The notes beneath the pieces were generated by a model. That model was not told where the DNA came from, ran no database searches, and saw only the letters and a program-made list of their open reading frames with translations. A stretch of 64,000 nucleotides of DNA from Octopus vulgaris (Eukaryota): positions 139,810,001-139,874,000 of the forward strand of contig OX597814.1 in assembly GCA_951406725.2 (NCBI GenBank). The letters are read 5' to 3'. A program made the position numbers and the translations under genes. This document shows positions 26,086-38,470 of the stretch, piece by piece; the stretch's first letter is position 1, and each line of letters begins with the position of its first letter.

Positions 26086-27145
26086 TGAATGATTGATTGA
26101 TTGATTGATTGATACATAACTAGATAGATAGATGTAGATATAAATATGTGTATGTTTGGTATTGTATGTTATTGTGTTCCATAGTAAAAGCCAAGCTCAT
26201 AGCCTTAAGAGTTTGTCTCAAACTTGTAGGTTTTTGATCTAAAGTTATAACAATTATAGATATGAATATGGATAAAGCATGCTTGAAAGAAATAAGTTCA
26301 ATGATTCTACATTATATGTAGTAAAATTAAATGTCGGCTTATTTTTATATCTATTTGATAAAAGTACTTGTTACTTTCTAGTAAAAATCATGCAATGTAA
26401 AATCTTGAAGGGATCAGTTGAAGTTTTATACATGGTCATTACCATTTAGTACCAAGGCAGTTGTCATCGAGTAATTTTATTTTCAGAGATATTCTGTCTA
26501 TGACCATTCTGCATTTTTAGAAGAGTGTAAGATTACATTATTTAATATACCCTTCCCTTAAGTGATTTTAGAGAGATTTGATTGCTATTTCTAGTATGAT
26601 GATCAACCATGCAGAAGCCGACTATGTAGAGGTTCCTTTGTTGGCTCATTTTAAAAATGGATATTATTCACCATCTGTGTACCCTGCTAAATGTATACAA
26701 CTGTTAGAAGCTGTTTGAAATATAATCTCTTCATAGACTTGTGTTAAAATCACGATTTATGTTAGTGTGAGACAACATTGTATGCTGCAGTGACTCATGA
26801 GAGCAAGAGACACATTTCACCTTTGTTGAGGTTTATCAGTACCATGCATTTGATTGTCATTTTCTTCAATGTAGAGGAAACCTTGAATGCGTCATTCACT
26901 GGCATTGTGGAAGCTTGAAAGGGTATAGAAAATCTTGGTATACACATTTGGAACAGCATTAAATTTAATCACCATCAATGTCTCGTACTAAGTGTATACA
27001 TATTGTTAGAAGACATGAATTTCTGGAATTGTCCGAGATAAAAATCTCTTCATAGACTTGTCGTAAATGCATAACATGTATAAATCAGAGCAAGATGAAC
27101 ATCATTGCTGTAGTGACTCATTAAGGTAAGAGATGCATTTTACCT

Positions 27146-27374
27146 ATTTCTTTACTACCCACAAGGGGCTAAACACAGAAGGGGACAAACAAGGACAGAC
27201 AAACGAATTAAGTCGATTATATCGACCCCAGTGCATAACTGGTACTTATTTAATTGACCCCGTAAGGATGAAAGGCAAAGTTGACCTTGGCGGAATTTGA
27301 ACTCAGAACGTAGCGGCAGACAAAATACCGCTAAGCATTTCGCCCGGCATGCTAGCTTTTCTGCCAGCTCGCTA
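27146..27374 (-). mobile_element. Young SINE family M with 15-bp TSD
   Basis: TSD agatgcattttacct at 27131-27145 and 27375-27389; CpGs preserved. Confidence 0.9.
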
Positions 27375-28435
27375 AGATGCATTTTACCTTTGTTGGTGTT
27401 TGTCAATGCCATGAATTCAGTTGTCGCTTGCTTAAAGGGAATCCAGGCTTTGATATACTGGAAACAATAAACAAAATATTACCTGCTATTAAAGAGGTTT
27501 ACTGCACATGTATTGCGTTATTCTTGTCCTGCAGCAGTTTTAATGGAACATAAAAGATGTCAGGCTCACCTGTCTTAGAGGGCCTGTAAAGATCATGGGC
27601 ATTCCTCTTCTTCCAGACACAGGGAGAAAAAGCAACAACAACAGAAATGGGATTTTTCTTTTTATTCTCCAGCACAGTCTAAGAGTTTTCCACATTTCAT
27701 TTGGCCTTATATAAATTTTTCTTTTACACCTCTTTCATGTCGAATGAAAATTTCCACAGTCTGAAATCTAACGACATTAGATAGATGCTCTGTGATATTT
27801 TCTGATGTCTATCTGCAGTTTGCCTTCATACCGAAAAAAATCTCCTGTTAATATGTATCTATTGTGATTTACTTTTGGAAGGGGGAAAAAAAAACTGGCT
27901 GAAGGTCAGATTGCTGTGACACTTAGTTGATTTCCCTGATGTTTATTTACAACACTGTAATTATAAAGATTTTCATATAAGAAGTGTTGATTTGATGATG
28001 AAGTGATATTAATTGCACTGTTTAAAGCTGAAGCAGTCATTGATTCAATGGCTCATAGCTTTAACTTATACTAAATGTGTTTGTTGCTTTAGTGAACTTT
28101 ACCAGCATACATCAGATCATACACGCAACACTTAAAAGCTGCTACAGAGAATGAAAACAGGCTACTACTTACTACTGCACACACATATATCAATGTTGAT
28201 GTTCTTGAGTCATAATATTAATATATTATTATAATTTTTTTATTTTTGTGTGTGTGAGTGATTTTGTTGAACTCCAGCAGCTGCTGACTGCTTGCTATTG
28301 TGCAAGATAAGGAAGAACACTTGCTTCACCATTTCACCTTTTCTCCAAATCAACACTCCAGCCTATTTCACTTCACACACACCCACACACCAACTCAAAC
28401 ATTCTTTTTTTATATATATATATTTGGCATATATA

Positions 28436-28830
28436 GCTGTAAGCATGGCTGTGTGGTTAAGAAACTTACTTTGCAACTAAATGGTCATGGGTTCAGTCCT
28501 ACTGAAAGGCACCTTGAGCAAGAGTCTTTTACTGTATAGCCCTAGGCTGACTAATGTCTTGTGAGTGAATATGATAGAAACTGTGTGGAAGCCCATCATG
28601 AGTGTGTGTAAATGTGTTTGTTTGTGTATGTGTTCATGTGTCATGTTTGTGTCTGTCACTGACCAGTATTTCATTTATGCCCTATCACTTAGCAGTTCAG
28701 CAAAAGAAACCAATAGAATAAGTAGCAGATCTAAAAATAAAGTACTATGGTTGATTTATTTGACTAAACCCATCAAGATGGTGCTCCAGCATGGCTGCAG
28801 TTCAGTGAGTGAAACAAGTAAAAAGTAAAA
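28436..28830 (+). mobile_element. SINE family O, CR1-type tail
   Basis: gcatggctgtgtggttaag head; ggtgctccagcatggctgcag...gaaacaagtaaaaag tail. Confidence 0.8.
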
Positions 28831-29045
28831 GATGTAATGAACATTAGATGTATAAAAACATAGACTATTTAATATTTTTACTCTTTTTACTTGTTTCAGG
28901 CATGCGGCTGCGGTCATGCTGGAGTACATGAATTTAAAAATTATCTTTTTAAAATACTTTTGCAGATCTAAGCACTGCTCAGTGTTTGTGTGTGTGTGTT
29001 TGTGCACATACAAATGCATAAGTGAAATATTCCCAGAACCCAGTA

Positions 29046-29443
29046 AGGGGGTGAGCTGGCAGAAACGTTAGCTCGCCGGGCAAAATGCTTACCGGTATTT
29101 TGTCTGACGTTACATTCTGGGTTCAAATTCCACCGAGGTCGACTTTGCCTTCCACCCTTTCGGGGTTGATAAATTAAGTACCAGTTACGCACTGGAGTCG
29201 ATATAATCGACTTAATCCGTCTGTCTGTCCTTGTTTGTCTCCTCTGTATTTAGCCCCTTGTGGGTAGTAAAGAAATAGGTATTTCATCTGCCTTTACGTT
29301 CTGAGTTCAAATTCTGCCAAGGTCAACTTTGCCTTTTGTCCTCTCAGGGTTGCTAAACTAAGTACCAGTTGTGCACTGGGGTCAATCTAGTCAACTGGTC
29401 CCCTCCCCCAAACTTTTGAGCCTTGTGCCCAGAGTAGAAAAGA
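29046..29443 (+). mobile_element. Dimeric SINE family M with TSD
   Basis: TSD ttcccagaa(a)cccagta on both sides; the B-box/core segment occurs twice. Confidence 0.85.
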
Positions 29444-29592
29444 TTCCCAGAAACCCAGTATTGTATCTTTGTATACTACCTTTTGATTTTGTATGTTGTG
29501 ATTAAGAGCACCAGTCCATTCCTTTCTAAGCTATTGAATATGATGAAATTTATCAGCCTAAAGGAAATGGCTCTAACTAGAAGTCCAGGATG

Positions 29593-29894
29593 TTTGTTTC
29601 TTCTCGAGCCATGCCTGGCTCATAAGGGCCGGTTTCCCAGTTTCCTTGGTGTATAGGTTCCCCACCTGGACAAGACGCCAGTCCGTCACAGGTGAGCTGC
29701 AAGATGCAGGAGGAAAGAGTGAGAGCAAGTTGTGGCAAAAGAGTCAGCAGAAGTTCACCATTACCTTCTGTTGGAGCCACATGGAGCTTAGGTGTTTCAC
29801 TCATAAACACACACATCACCCAGTCTGAGATTCGAATCCGCGATCCCTCGACTGCAAGTCTGCTGCTCTAACCACTAGGCCATATGCCTCCACC
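29593..29894 (-). mobile_element. tRNA-derived SINE (head T', body Q, tail P) with 14-bp TSD
   Basis: TSD agaagtccaggatg at 29579-29592 and 29895-29908; rc head ggaggcatatggcctagtggttagagc..ggattcgaatc. Confidence 0.9.
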
Positions 29895-30291
29895 AGAAGT
29901 CCAGGATGGTAAATGATGACCAGTACATATGCTGGCCATACAACACACTCAGAAATAAAACAAATTTTATATGATAGCTTCTACATATTATCTAGCAACA
30001 TTGCATTTATCTGCATATTATCTAGCAACATTGCAACGCTTTTATATGCGCGCATGTACACACACATACACACTCATTCATTCCTACTTAATAAGAAAAT
30101 TATGTTCAGTAGTGATGCTAAACTGCTGGACTGCTAATGAATTAAAATCATGCCAAGTATTGTGTCCTTGCCCAAAGCTATCTAAATGAAAAATTCATAG
30201 CTGAATAGTTGCTTAAGAAAGACCACTCAAGTGTAAAAACATCTGCTTCAATTGTAGATTCGCATATATAAATTATCCAACCTATAGAACA

Positions 30292-30529
30292 AGCATGACT
30301 GTGTTGTTGAGAATCTTGCTTCCTAAGCATGTGACTTTGAGTTCAGTCCTACCATGTAGCAATTGGGGCAAGTGTCTTCTACTATAGCCCTAGGCTGATC
30401 AAAGCCTTACAAATGGATTTGGTGGATAGAAACTGAAGGAAGCCTGTCAGGAGCAGTATTATACATACATACATACATACATACATACATACATACATAC
30501 ATACATACATACATACATACATACATACA

Positions 30530-30561
<32 letters not shown>

Positions 30562-30576
30562 CATACATATATATAC

Positions 30577-30607
<31 letters not shown>

Positions 30608-30620
30608 CATATATATATAC

Positions 30621-30693
<73 letters not shown>

Positions 30694-30938
30694 TATATAT
30701 ACATACATACATACATATACACATATATATATATATATATATATAGTGTGTGTGTGTTTGTGTCTACTTGTGTTGACATCACATGATTGCTGTAAATGAA
30801 TGTTGTTCACTTCTAATGTTCTGTTAAAAAAGGTGAAAGCTGGTGACATGAAGGGCATATGGTCATAGAAAACCTACCTCAACAAATTCTCTTTGATCTA
30901 TGCAAGCATGGAAAAATGGACATTAAATGATGGTGATG
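30292..30938 (+). mobile_element. Full-length SINE family O with RTE-type tail and expanded (ATAC)n
   Basis: Family O head at 30292-30450, (TACA)n/(TA)n at 30460-30745, tail gaagggcat...gcaagcatggaaaaatggacattaaatgatgg. Confidence 0.8.
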
Positions 30939-31619
30939 GAACAACTTATGAAAATCTCTATAACTTCATTGCATAAAGATACAATTGAATCATTTTAATT
31001 TAATTTTAGTTAAGATTTTGCTTAACTACCATATATCGCCAACAGTTTTATCACCATCCTTCCTTTTATGCATTTTCTATAATACAGCAGTTTATTTGCC
31101 ATAACTTACACGTTATTAATTTATTTGTCCAACCCATTTAATTTTCCTTTCTGTGGGCTTTTGAGAAATTCCCTTTCAGATGCATCCAAATAAATAAATA
31201 AATGAAAGGAGTATTCTTAGTTGAATTCAACAATAGTTTTCGGAACCAGCCAATACCTTGTAACAAAAGTACTCTTGCCATTTCTTCTCCTCCCATTAAC
31301 TGCATTTGTTGGTTATTATAATGCAGCAAACATCTTGTGCTTTATCACTGTTGAATCTTTACAGTAGCAGAGGCTGTGTAGTTATTGTACGAGCAGCACA
31401 ATAAACGGAAGGTGGGGGGTGATAATGTCTGACAAGTTTTAGTTTATTGATCTTTTATGAATCACTTTTTTGATTGTATTTATGAAAATTTCTTCTTTCA
31501 GAATGATTATTTTTGCAGAAAAAAAAGATTCCTTTCATTCTTTCACTTTCTTCGTCTCTGCTCAATTATTATTACTTTCCTTTATGTTTTTTCTACCATT
31601 TATTTTGCCTCTTACTATG

Positions 31620-31673
<54 letters not shown>

Positions 31674-32159
31674 TTTCTCTCTCTCATATATATATGTGTG
31701 TGTGTGTGTATACTCACACATACATAATGACGTGTGCAGCACAGACATGTACAAGCATGCACACTTACACACATATTTAATTGTACTAATCTCTCTCTCT
31801 TCTCAGGTACCTTCCACCCTTGTTTAACCTTCCCCTCTCTACTTCAAATGTAACTTATTTCTATTTTCTTAGTGTTTCTCTTTCCCACATTCTTTTTTTA
31901 CTTCACTTTTACTGTTGCTATTCCACATTCCTTTCAAATATTCCATATTCTTTCTATTCTTGTTATTCTGCTCTCTCTCTCTCTCTCCTTTTTTTTTTTT
32001 GTTTGCTTTAAAGGGAATGCATTTCCATTCAGTTCAACAATAGAGAGTAAATTCGAACAAGGAAAAATCCCCAGAGTTTATCTGCATTACAATACTTAGA
32101 TCCTGTTTTAAGTGAGACAGCTCAATAAGTGAATATCTTTTCAAGTTACCTTCTCTTAG

Positions 32160-32380
32160 TATTGATTTCAAATTTTGGCACAAGGCCTAGCAAGTTTGAG
32201 GGGCCAGATGAGTCAGTTACATTGACCCCTGTGCTCAACTAGTACTTAATTTATTGATCCAAAAAGGGCGAAAGGCAAAACTGATCTCATCAGAATTTGA
32301 ACTCAGAATGTAAAAACAGACAAAATACTGCTAAGCATTTTTGCCTGGCGTGCTAACAATTCTGCCATCTCACCACCTTC
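32160..32380 (-). mobile_element. SINE family M
   Basis: tttcaaattttggcacaaggcc...gaatttgaactcagaatg...ctgccatctcaccacc. Confidence 0.75.
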
Positions 32381-32659
32381 TTCCTTTTCTTTAATATTAA
32401 AAATTAGACTTTTGTTGCTTTATCACAAAGCCTTTTGTAGCAGCATTATTATTTTAGTATATAAGGGCTTTTGCTATACAGCTTTACTGAATTGGCATTC
32501 TGAGCAACCTTAAAAATTTAATTAGATTGTTCTGATGTTTATATACAAAAGGAATAAACTGAACATAAACAGAAAAATAATACTAATATTAAGACAGAAA
32601 TCAATACTAGGAAGCCCAGTGCTTGAATAATGTGTGTATGTGTGTGTGTGTGTGTGTGT

Positions 32660-33090
32660 GCATGATGGGCTTCTTTCAGTTTCCATCTTCAAAATCTACT
32701 CACAAGGCTTTGGTCAGCGTGAGGCTATTGTAGAAAACACTTGCCCAAGGTGCCACACAGTGGAACTGAACCTGGAACTATGTGGTTGGGAAGCAAGCTT
32801 CTTACCACACAGCCACACTTGTGCCTATGTTGATTGAGATTCCAATACATGATCATCTGCAGTAGAATCAGCATCAGTGTCTTAATGTCTGCTTTTCCAC
32901 ACTTGCATGTGTCAGATGGAATTTATTGAAGAAATTTTCAGCAACCAGATGCTCTTCCAGTTGCCAATCCTCATTTGTTTCTAGACAAGGTATTATTCCC
33001 TCTTGACTGGACATATTTTCATGGAAGATTGGAAATAAATGCTACCACTTGTATGATGATGGTACTTCTTCACAACTTCCATGTCATGTT
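32660..33090 (-). mobile_element. Two SINE family O pieces (head 32660-32826; RTE-type tail 32870-33090)
   Basis: gggcttctttcagtttcc...cttaccacacagccac; cttttccacacttgcatgtgtcagatggaattt. Confidence 0.7.
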
Positions 33091-33199
33091 AAAACTAGAA
33101 TACACATACACACACACACACACACATTTGCTCACATATTTTAATACTTACAATTTTGATGCTTAGAAGTAAAACCTGTTACTCTTTTTAATGTAGGAG

Positions 33200-33512
33200 C
33201 TCTGAAAGGGGTCTCAGGAAGTAGTGTCCCTGCCTTCCTGAGCTAGTTTTCTTAAAAACTATGGTAGAAGCCTTGGTCTTGGAACCACTCATGTTTAGAA
33301 ACTGATATTGAGGGTAAGCAAGGGCATGCTCCCCCTAGAACATCCAGCTCCAAAAAAGCCTCATGATAGCAAAGGAGAATGGGCAGCAGCCAGCCCAAAG
33401 GTTGGGGTGGGCTGCACCTGCCTTCCTCAGTTGCTATGGCATAGAGGTAGATCCTGCCACCCCCATTAATGAGGACAAAACCCAGATTTAAAACACTGGA
33501 TGATTATGATGA
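33200..33512 (+). mobile_element. Structured non-LTR element 3' end (probably RTE-like), (GAT)n-like tail
   Basis: GC-rich; gggtaagcaagggcatgctccc motif; hairpin gcagcc..ggctgc; ends gatgattatgatg. Confidence 0.4.
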
Positions 33513-33531
33513 ATGTAGTTTAATTCAGTAA

Positions 33532-33740
33532 GGACACATGGCCTGGTGGTTAGAGTGTTGCACTCAGAATTGCGAGATCATGGTTTCAGTTCGTAGATTG
33601 GGTGTTGCATTGTGTTCTTGAACAAAACACTTCATCTCATGTTGCTCTGCAATCACATCGACACCTGGCATGTAGTACACCATACACCTGTTCAAGCAAA
33701 GTAGATTTGATGGAGAGAGTGAGCTAATGTGCAGCACATA
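33532..33740 (+). mobile_element. SINE family T head/CORE with a different tail
   Basis: catggcctggtggttagagtgttg...tgcattgtgttcttgaacaaaacacttcatctcatgttgctc. Confidence 0.65.
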
Positions 33741-33967
33741 CATTTTTATTCTTTTATTATTCTATTTATTTCAGTCATTTGACTGCAGCCATGCTGGAAC
33801 ACAACCTTTTTAGTCGAACAAATTGACCCCAGAACTTATTCTTTGTAAGCCTAGTATTTATTCTATCAGTCTTTTTTGCTGAACCGCTAAGTTACAGGGA
33901 CGTAAACATACCAACTTCAGTTGTCAAGCGATGATGGGGAACAGACGCACAAACACATACACATACC

Positions 33968-33999
<32 letters not shown>

Positions 34000-34000
<1 letters not shown>

Positions 34001-35284
34001 CAGGTCATCCCATAAGTTCTGCCCGATTTTACCTTTTTTAAAATTGAATGAAATTTAATAGTATTTTAGAATGTCTAATGGAATTAAAAATTATTTTTAT
34101 GCATTTGTGTACATTTAAACTAATTAAATATTATTTTACAGAATAATAGAATTAAAATTTCTTTGATTAAAACCCTTTCTAACATGGAAGTATCCAAAGA
34201 GCATTTAAGGCACATAATGCTTTATGAGTACAAAAAAGGAAACTCTGCAGCCGAAGCGACTCAAACATACACTCAGTTTATGGGAAAGAATGCTTGAATG
34301 AAAGAACTTGCAGAAGATGGTTTGCAAAATTCAGAAGTGGAGATTTCAGCCTTGAAGATGAAGATCGAACAGGACGTCCAGTTGAGTTTGATGATAAGCT
34401 CCTTGAGGCATTACTTGAAGAAAATCCTGCATTATCAGTTGAAGAATTGGCAATAAAGCTTAGTTCAAACCATACAACTGTTCATCGTCATCTTCAACAA
34501 CTTGGAAAGGTTCCTAAACTTGGAAAATGGGTGTCTCATGAATTGTCCGAAAGCAACCGCAAATCCCGAGTTGACATCTGCTCTTGTCTCCATTTTCATG
34601 AACTCATTTCACCCTTTTTGGATAGACTTGTGACTGGTGATATCAAATAGATCTTCTATCGAAATTTTAAATGTTGTAAACAGTGGCTTGGTAAAAGGGA
34701 AAAAGCTCAACCACAGCCGAGAAGGGAACTCCATTGAAAAAAGGTTCTTCTCTCTATCTGGTGTGATTGCAAAGGAGTAATTCACTTTGAATTGTTACCA
34801 CCTAATGCAACAATCAATGCTCAAGTCTACTGTCAGCAATTAGAGCTTTGAACCAAGCTTTGAAGAAAAAAGACCCGCTTTAGTGAATCGAATAGGGGTG
34901 ATGTTTCATCAGGACAATGCGCAACATCACACTGCAAAGATCACATCACAGAAGATTGAAGAGCTTGGTTGTGAAAAAATTCCTCATCCACCTTATTCTC
35001 CCAACCTTGCTCCTTCAGACAACTATTTGTTTCATAGTTTACAGAATCATTTGGGGGACATAACTTTCGCAAGCCAGGAGGAGGTCGAAACTGACATTTC
35101 AGAGTTCTTCGCTTTGAAACCAAAAGAGTTTTACATTGATGGGATTAAAAAGCTTGTAAATAGATGGAAGGAAGTCATAGATAATCAGGGAAAGTACATT
35201 GATGATTAAATTTCAATTAAATATAACATTTGATCACTTGTTTTCTTTGTTCAAAATTCGGACACAACTTATGGGATGACCTGA
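34000..35284 (+). mobile_element. Full-length mariner DNA transposon (1285 bp), non-functional
   Basis: TIR TCAGGTCATCCCATAAGTTCTGCCCGATTT / AATTCGGACACAACTTATGGGATGACCTGA; TA on both sides; canonical mariner length. Confidence 0.95.
34184..35209 (+). pseudogene. mariner DD34D transposase, frameshifted, with stops
   Basis: MEVSKEHLRHIMLYEY start; WFAKFRSGDFSL HTH region; WVSHEL (WVPHEL); TGD; QDNA..34 aa..YSPNLAPSD; ends YIDD*. Stop codon at 34648-34650. Confidence 0.93.
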
Positions 35285-37324
35285 TATATATATATGTGAC
35301 AGGCTTCTTTCAGTTTCCGTCTACCAAATCCACTCATAAGGCTTTGATCAGCCTGAGGCTATAGTAGAGGACACTTGCCCAAGGTGCCATGCAGTGGGAC
35401 TGAACCCAGAACCATGTGGTTGGTAAGCAAGCTACTTAGAACAAACAAATTTGTGCAGGTTGTTCTGTAAAAGCTGAGTACTCAAACATTGTCTTTGATG
35501 GGAGAGTCCATCAGTTCAGTAATTATTATCTAATATCAGTTCAGAAGAATTTTTGTCTAGTGTTCCATATGCCTTTTCTGACAGTCATTTCCTAAATACG
35601 TTGTAATAAAATAAATTAAAAAAACAAAAAAGCAAAAATCATAAAATGGAAATTTCACATCTCTGTTGGCCATGAAAGAGCAACCATTTTTACAAGTTAT
35701 TTAACAAGTAACGCAACACTTCTTACATATCAGCTGTTGCATAAGTTATTTAGTGTTTAGAATTTGATACCAAATGAGGCTGGCAAAAAAAAAATACAAC
35801 AGCAACAAAATAATAATGAAAATTAAAAAAAAAAAAGCAAAAGTGAAGCCTTGTAAATATATATTAGAAGAACAATAAATTTGAATCAACCTGCTGATAT
35901 GCTGAAAGGGCTCATTAAGAACAAGCCAACATTTATTTATAGACTATATTTTCCTCTTTTAAAAACAGAGTTAGCTGAGGACTGAATTCATATGTAACAA
36001 ACTGAACATTTCAAACTGTAATAATGTGCTAATTTAATTTCAAATATGAAAAAATATTCTCTCTATTTATCAATTTTTTTTTTCATTTTTAAGATTGACA
36101 AAGAAACATTCATCAACCCAAGATTTTCTTCACATTCTTTTTGTTATGAATTTCTATCAAAAAAATATAATTTATTTTTTCCAAAGATATGTGATTTTAA
36201 GAGCAGAGATTGCCCATCCTCTCCATCTTTCTCATCTCTATATTTGATAGTTGTCTTTCTCATCTGCTTTTTGTTTTGTTTTCTAGTCAGTTTTATTTCC
36301 CCTTTTTTTTTCCTAATTATTTGAAAGTAAGAAATAATAATAAGATAAACAAATAAAATAAGAAAATTATATAGAGGGAAAAAAAAAGGCAGTAAAATAT
36401 ATGTATTCCTAAAATTTAATTCCAGTCCACAAAAGAAAAAAAATAATAAAATGAGACAAATATCATCTATAGATATTAATTCTATTGTTATTAAGCATCT
36501 CTGTTGGTGTATATTGCCTTTACACACACACATGTATTTGTGTGTGAATTTGCCTGAATCTAAATATATTTCATTTGTCTATGTATTTAAATAAAATAGG
36601 TCTGATGTGAAGATAGTCTATTGTTTGACTGACATTTTGCTATGTTTTGTAGCTCTAGTTGTCTTTAGCTACAACTAAATTCAAATAACTTTTTAAAATA
36701 TAATCTTACCATAGCAGTGTTGAAGATTTTTATCACATTTGAATGCTGTTTTTTTCTTCCTCCTTTTGTGGTGAATTGGCTCAGTTTAAGAATTAGAGAG
36801 ATTGTTATTTAGTGATTTAGATAATATAGTGAAGAATAAACCTTCATATTAGAAGTTCAAATGTTGCCATTATGCATGGTGCTCTGTGACATTACTTTAA
36901 TCAGCCTAATTGAAACTGGATATTCCATCTTTACAGATAAGTGTTTGGTGCTGGGATTGGCATCCAACAGTAAATACTTTCTTCTGTAATTCATGCAGAT
37001 ATTCATTCAAATTGTTCTTGTGTAGAAAATAATGGGGGTTGAACCAAGATGACGACAAACAATTGTATCACTATCTATGTATCATAAGAGGCATGATGCT
37101 GTAGAATTGTCTGAGATAAAATCTCTTCACAGCCTTGTTGTATTAAAAACATAGTTTATATTGGAGTATATATTTCAGACACTTCCTCAATTTCATATCT
37201 TCTAATGCTGTATATACATTTAGTATGATATACAGATGATGATTTTAATTTTATACTGAGTTTTTCTTCAGCTCAGCAAGCTTCCACAATACTAGTGAAT
37301 GTTTCCTATACATCAATTCATGAA

Positions 37325-37672
37325 GTTTTAGTCAAGCAAATCGACCCCAGGACTTACTCTTTGTAAGCCTAGTACTTATTCTATCAGTCTCTTTTGCTGA
37401 ACTGCTAAGTTACGGGGGACATAAACACACCAGCATTGGTTGTCAAGCAATGTTGTGGGGGACAAACACAGACACACAACACACGCACACATACATATAT
37501 ACACATATACGACAGGCTTCTTTCAGTTTCCATCTACCAGATCCACTCACAAGGCTTTGGTCGGCCCGAGGCTATAGTAGAAAACACTTGCTCAAGGTGC
37601 CACGCAGTGGGACTGAACCCGGAATCACGTGATTGGTAAGCAAGCTACTTACCACACAGCCACTCCTACACC
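37325..37672 (-). mobile_element. SINE family O
   Basis: rc of the 4505-4860 head and body; the tail is truncated. Confidence 0.85.
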
Positions 37673-37676
37673 TATT

Positions 37677-37951
37677 ATATACTTGATGTATATGCTTTGT
37701 GTATTTTCCGGTGGCTGCATTAGCATAGTGGAGTATATACATTCTCAAAGCGCTAGGTGTTAAAACACTTCAGAGTCATGGACAGGTGAGATAACTCACC
37801 TTCAATCCCAGTTGGGAGTGAATGAAGACGAGTTACCTCGCCTGGCCATGACTCTTGAAGTGTTTTAACACCTAGCGCTTTGAGAATGTATATACTCCAC
37901 CATGCTGTTGCAGCCACCAGAAAATACACGAAGCATATACATTAAGTATAT
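37677..37951. repeat. 275-bp fold-back palindrome
   Basis: gtggagtatatacattctcaaagcgctaggtgttaaaacacttca is the perfect rc of tgaagtgttttaacacctagcgctttgagaatgtatatactccac; arms about 128 bp. Confidence 0.95.
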
Positions 37952-37999
37952 GTGGTTAATAGTATTTATTATACTAGAGCTGCTTTTATTTTGTATGTA

Positions 38000-38066
<67 letters not shown>

Positions 38067-38236
38067 CCAATTAAGGACTGAACACGAAAAGTGGACAGTC
38101 AACATGCTAGATATAGACGTCAAATCGTCATTCTCCACAAAAGATTATGTTCTCAGATCAAACTCAACAAATTGAGAAAGGGTAGAAACTCAATTTCTAC
38201 CCTTAATTAATTTTATATATATATATATATAATAAA

Positions 38237-38470
38237 TGCACCCTTTTAAAGCCTATCCAGGCTCATGGGCCCGGTTTCCCAGTTTCAATGGTGTATGTGT
38301 TCCCCAGCTGGACGGGGCACCAGTCCATCGCAGTGTTACTCATTTTTGCCAGCTGAGTGGACTGGAGCAACATAAAATGAAGTGTTTTGCTCAAGAACAC
38401 AACATGTTGCCCGGTCCAGGAATCGAAACCACAATCTTACGATCATGATGCTGAAGCCACATGCCTCCAC
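38237..38470 (-). mobile_element. CORE-like SINE family T
   Basis: Homologous to 915-1168. Confidence 0.8.

Larger units (their letters stand above)
33747..35438 (-). mobile_element. SINE family O (CR1-type tail) split by a mariner insertion
   Basis: Tail half 33747-33960 and head half 35298-35438 flank the mariner inside the SINE's (TA)n. Confidence 0.85.

Noticed and set aside
30382-31827. ORFs of MYVC/IY repeats
   Set aside because: Microsatellite translations.
31780-31856. Branch point + polyY + CAG|GTACCT
   Set aside because: The donor half is weak and the tract is a CT microsatellite; much less convincing than the 42517 site.
33360-33455. HDV-like ribozyme fold (atagcaa/ttgctat P1, cctc loop, GG)
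   Set aside because: P2 and P3 compete for the same bases and no proper J4/2 could be assigned by eye.
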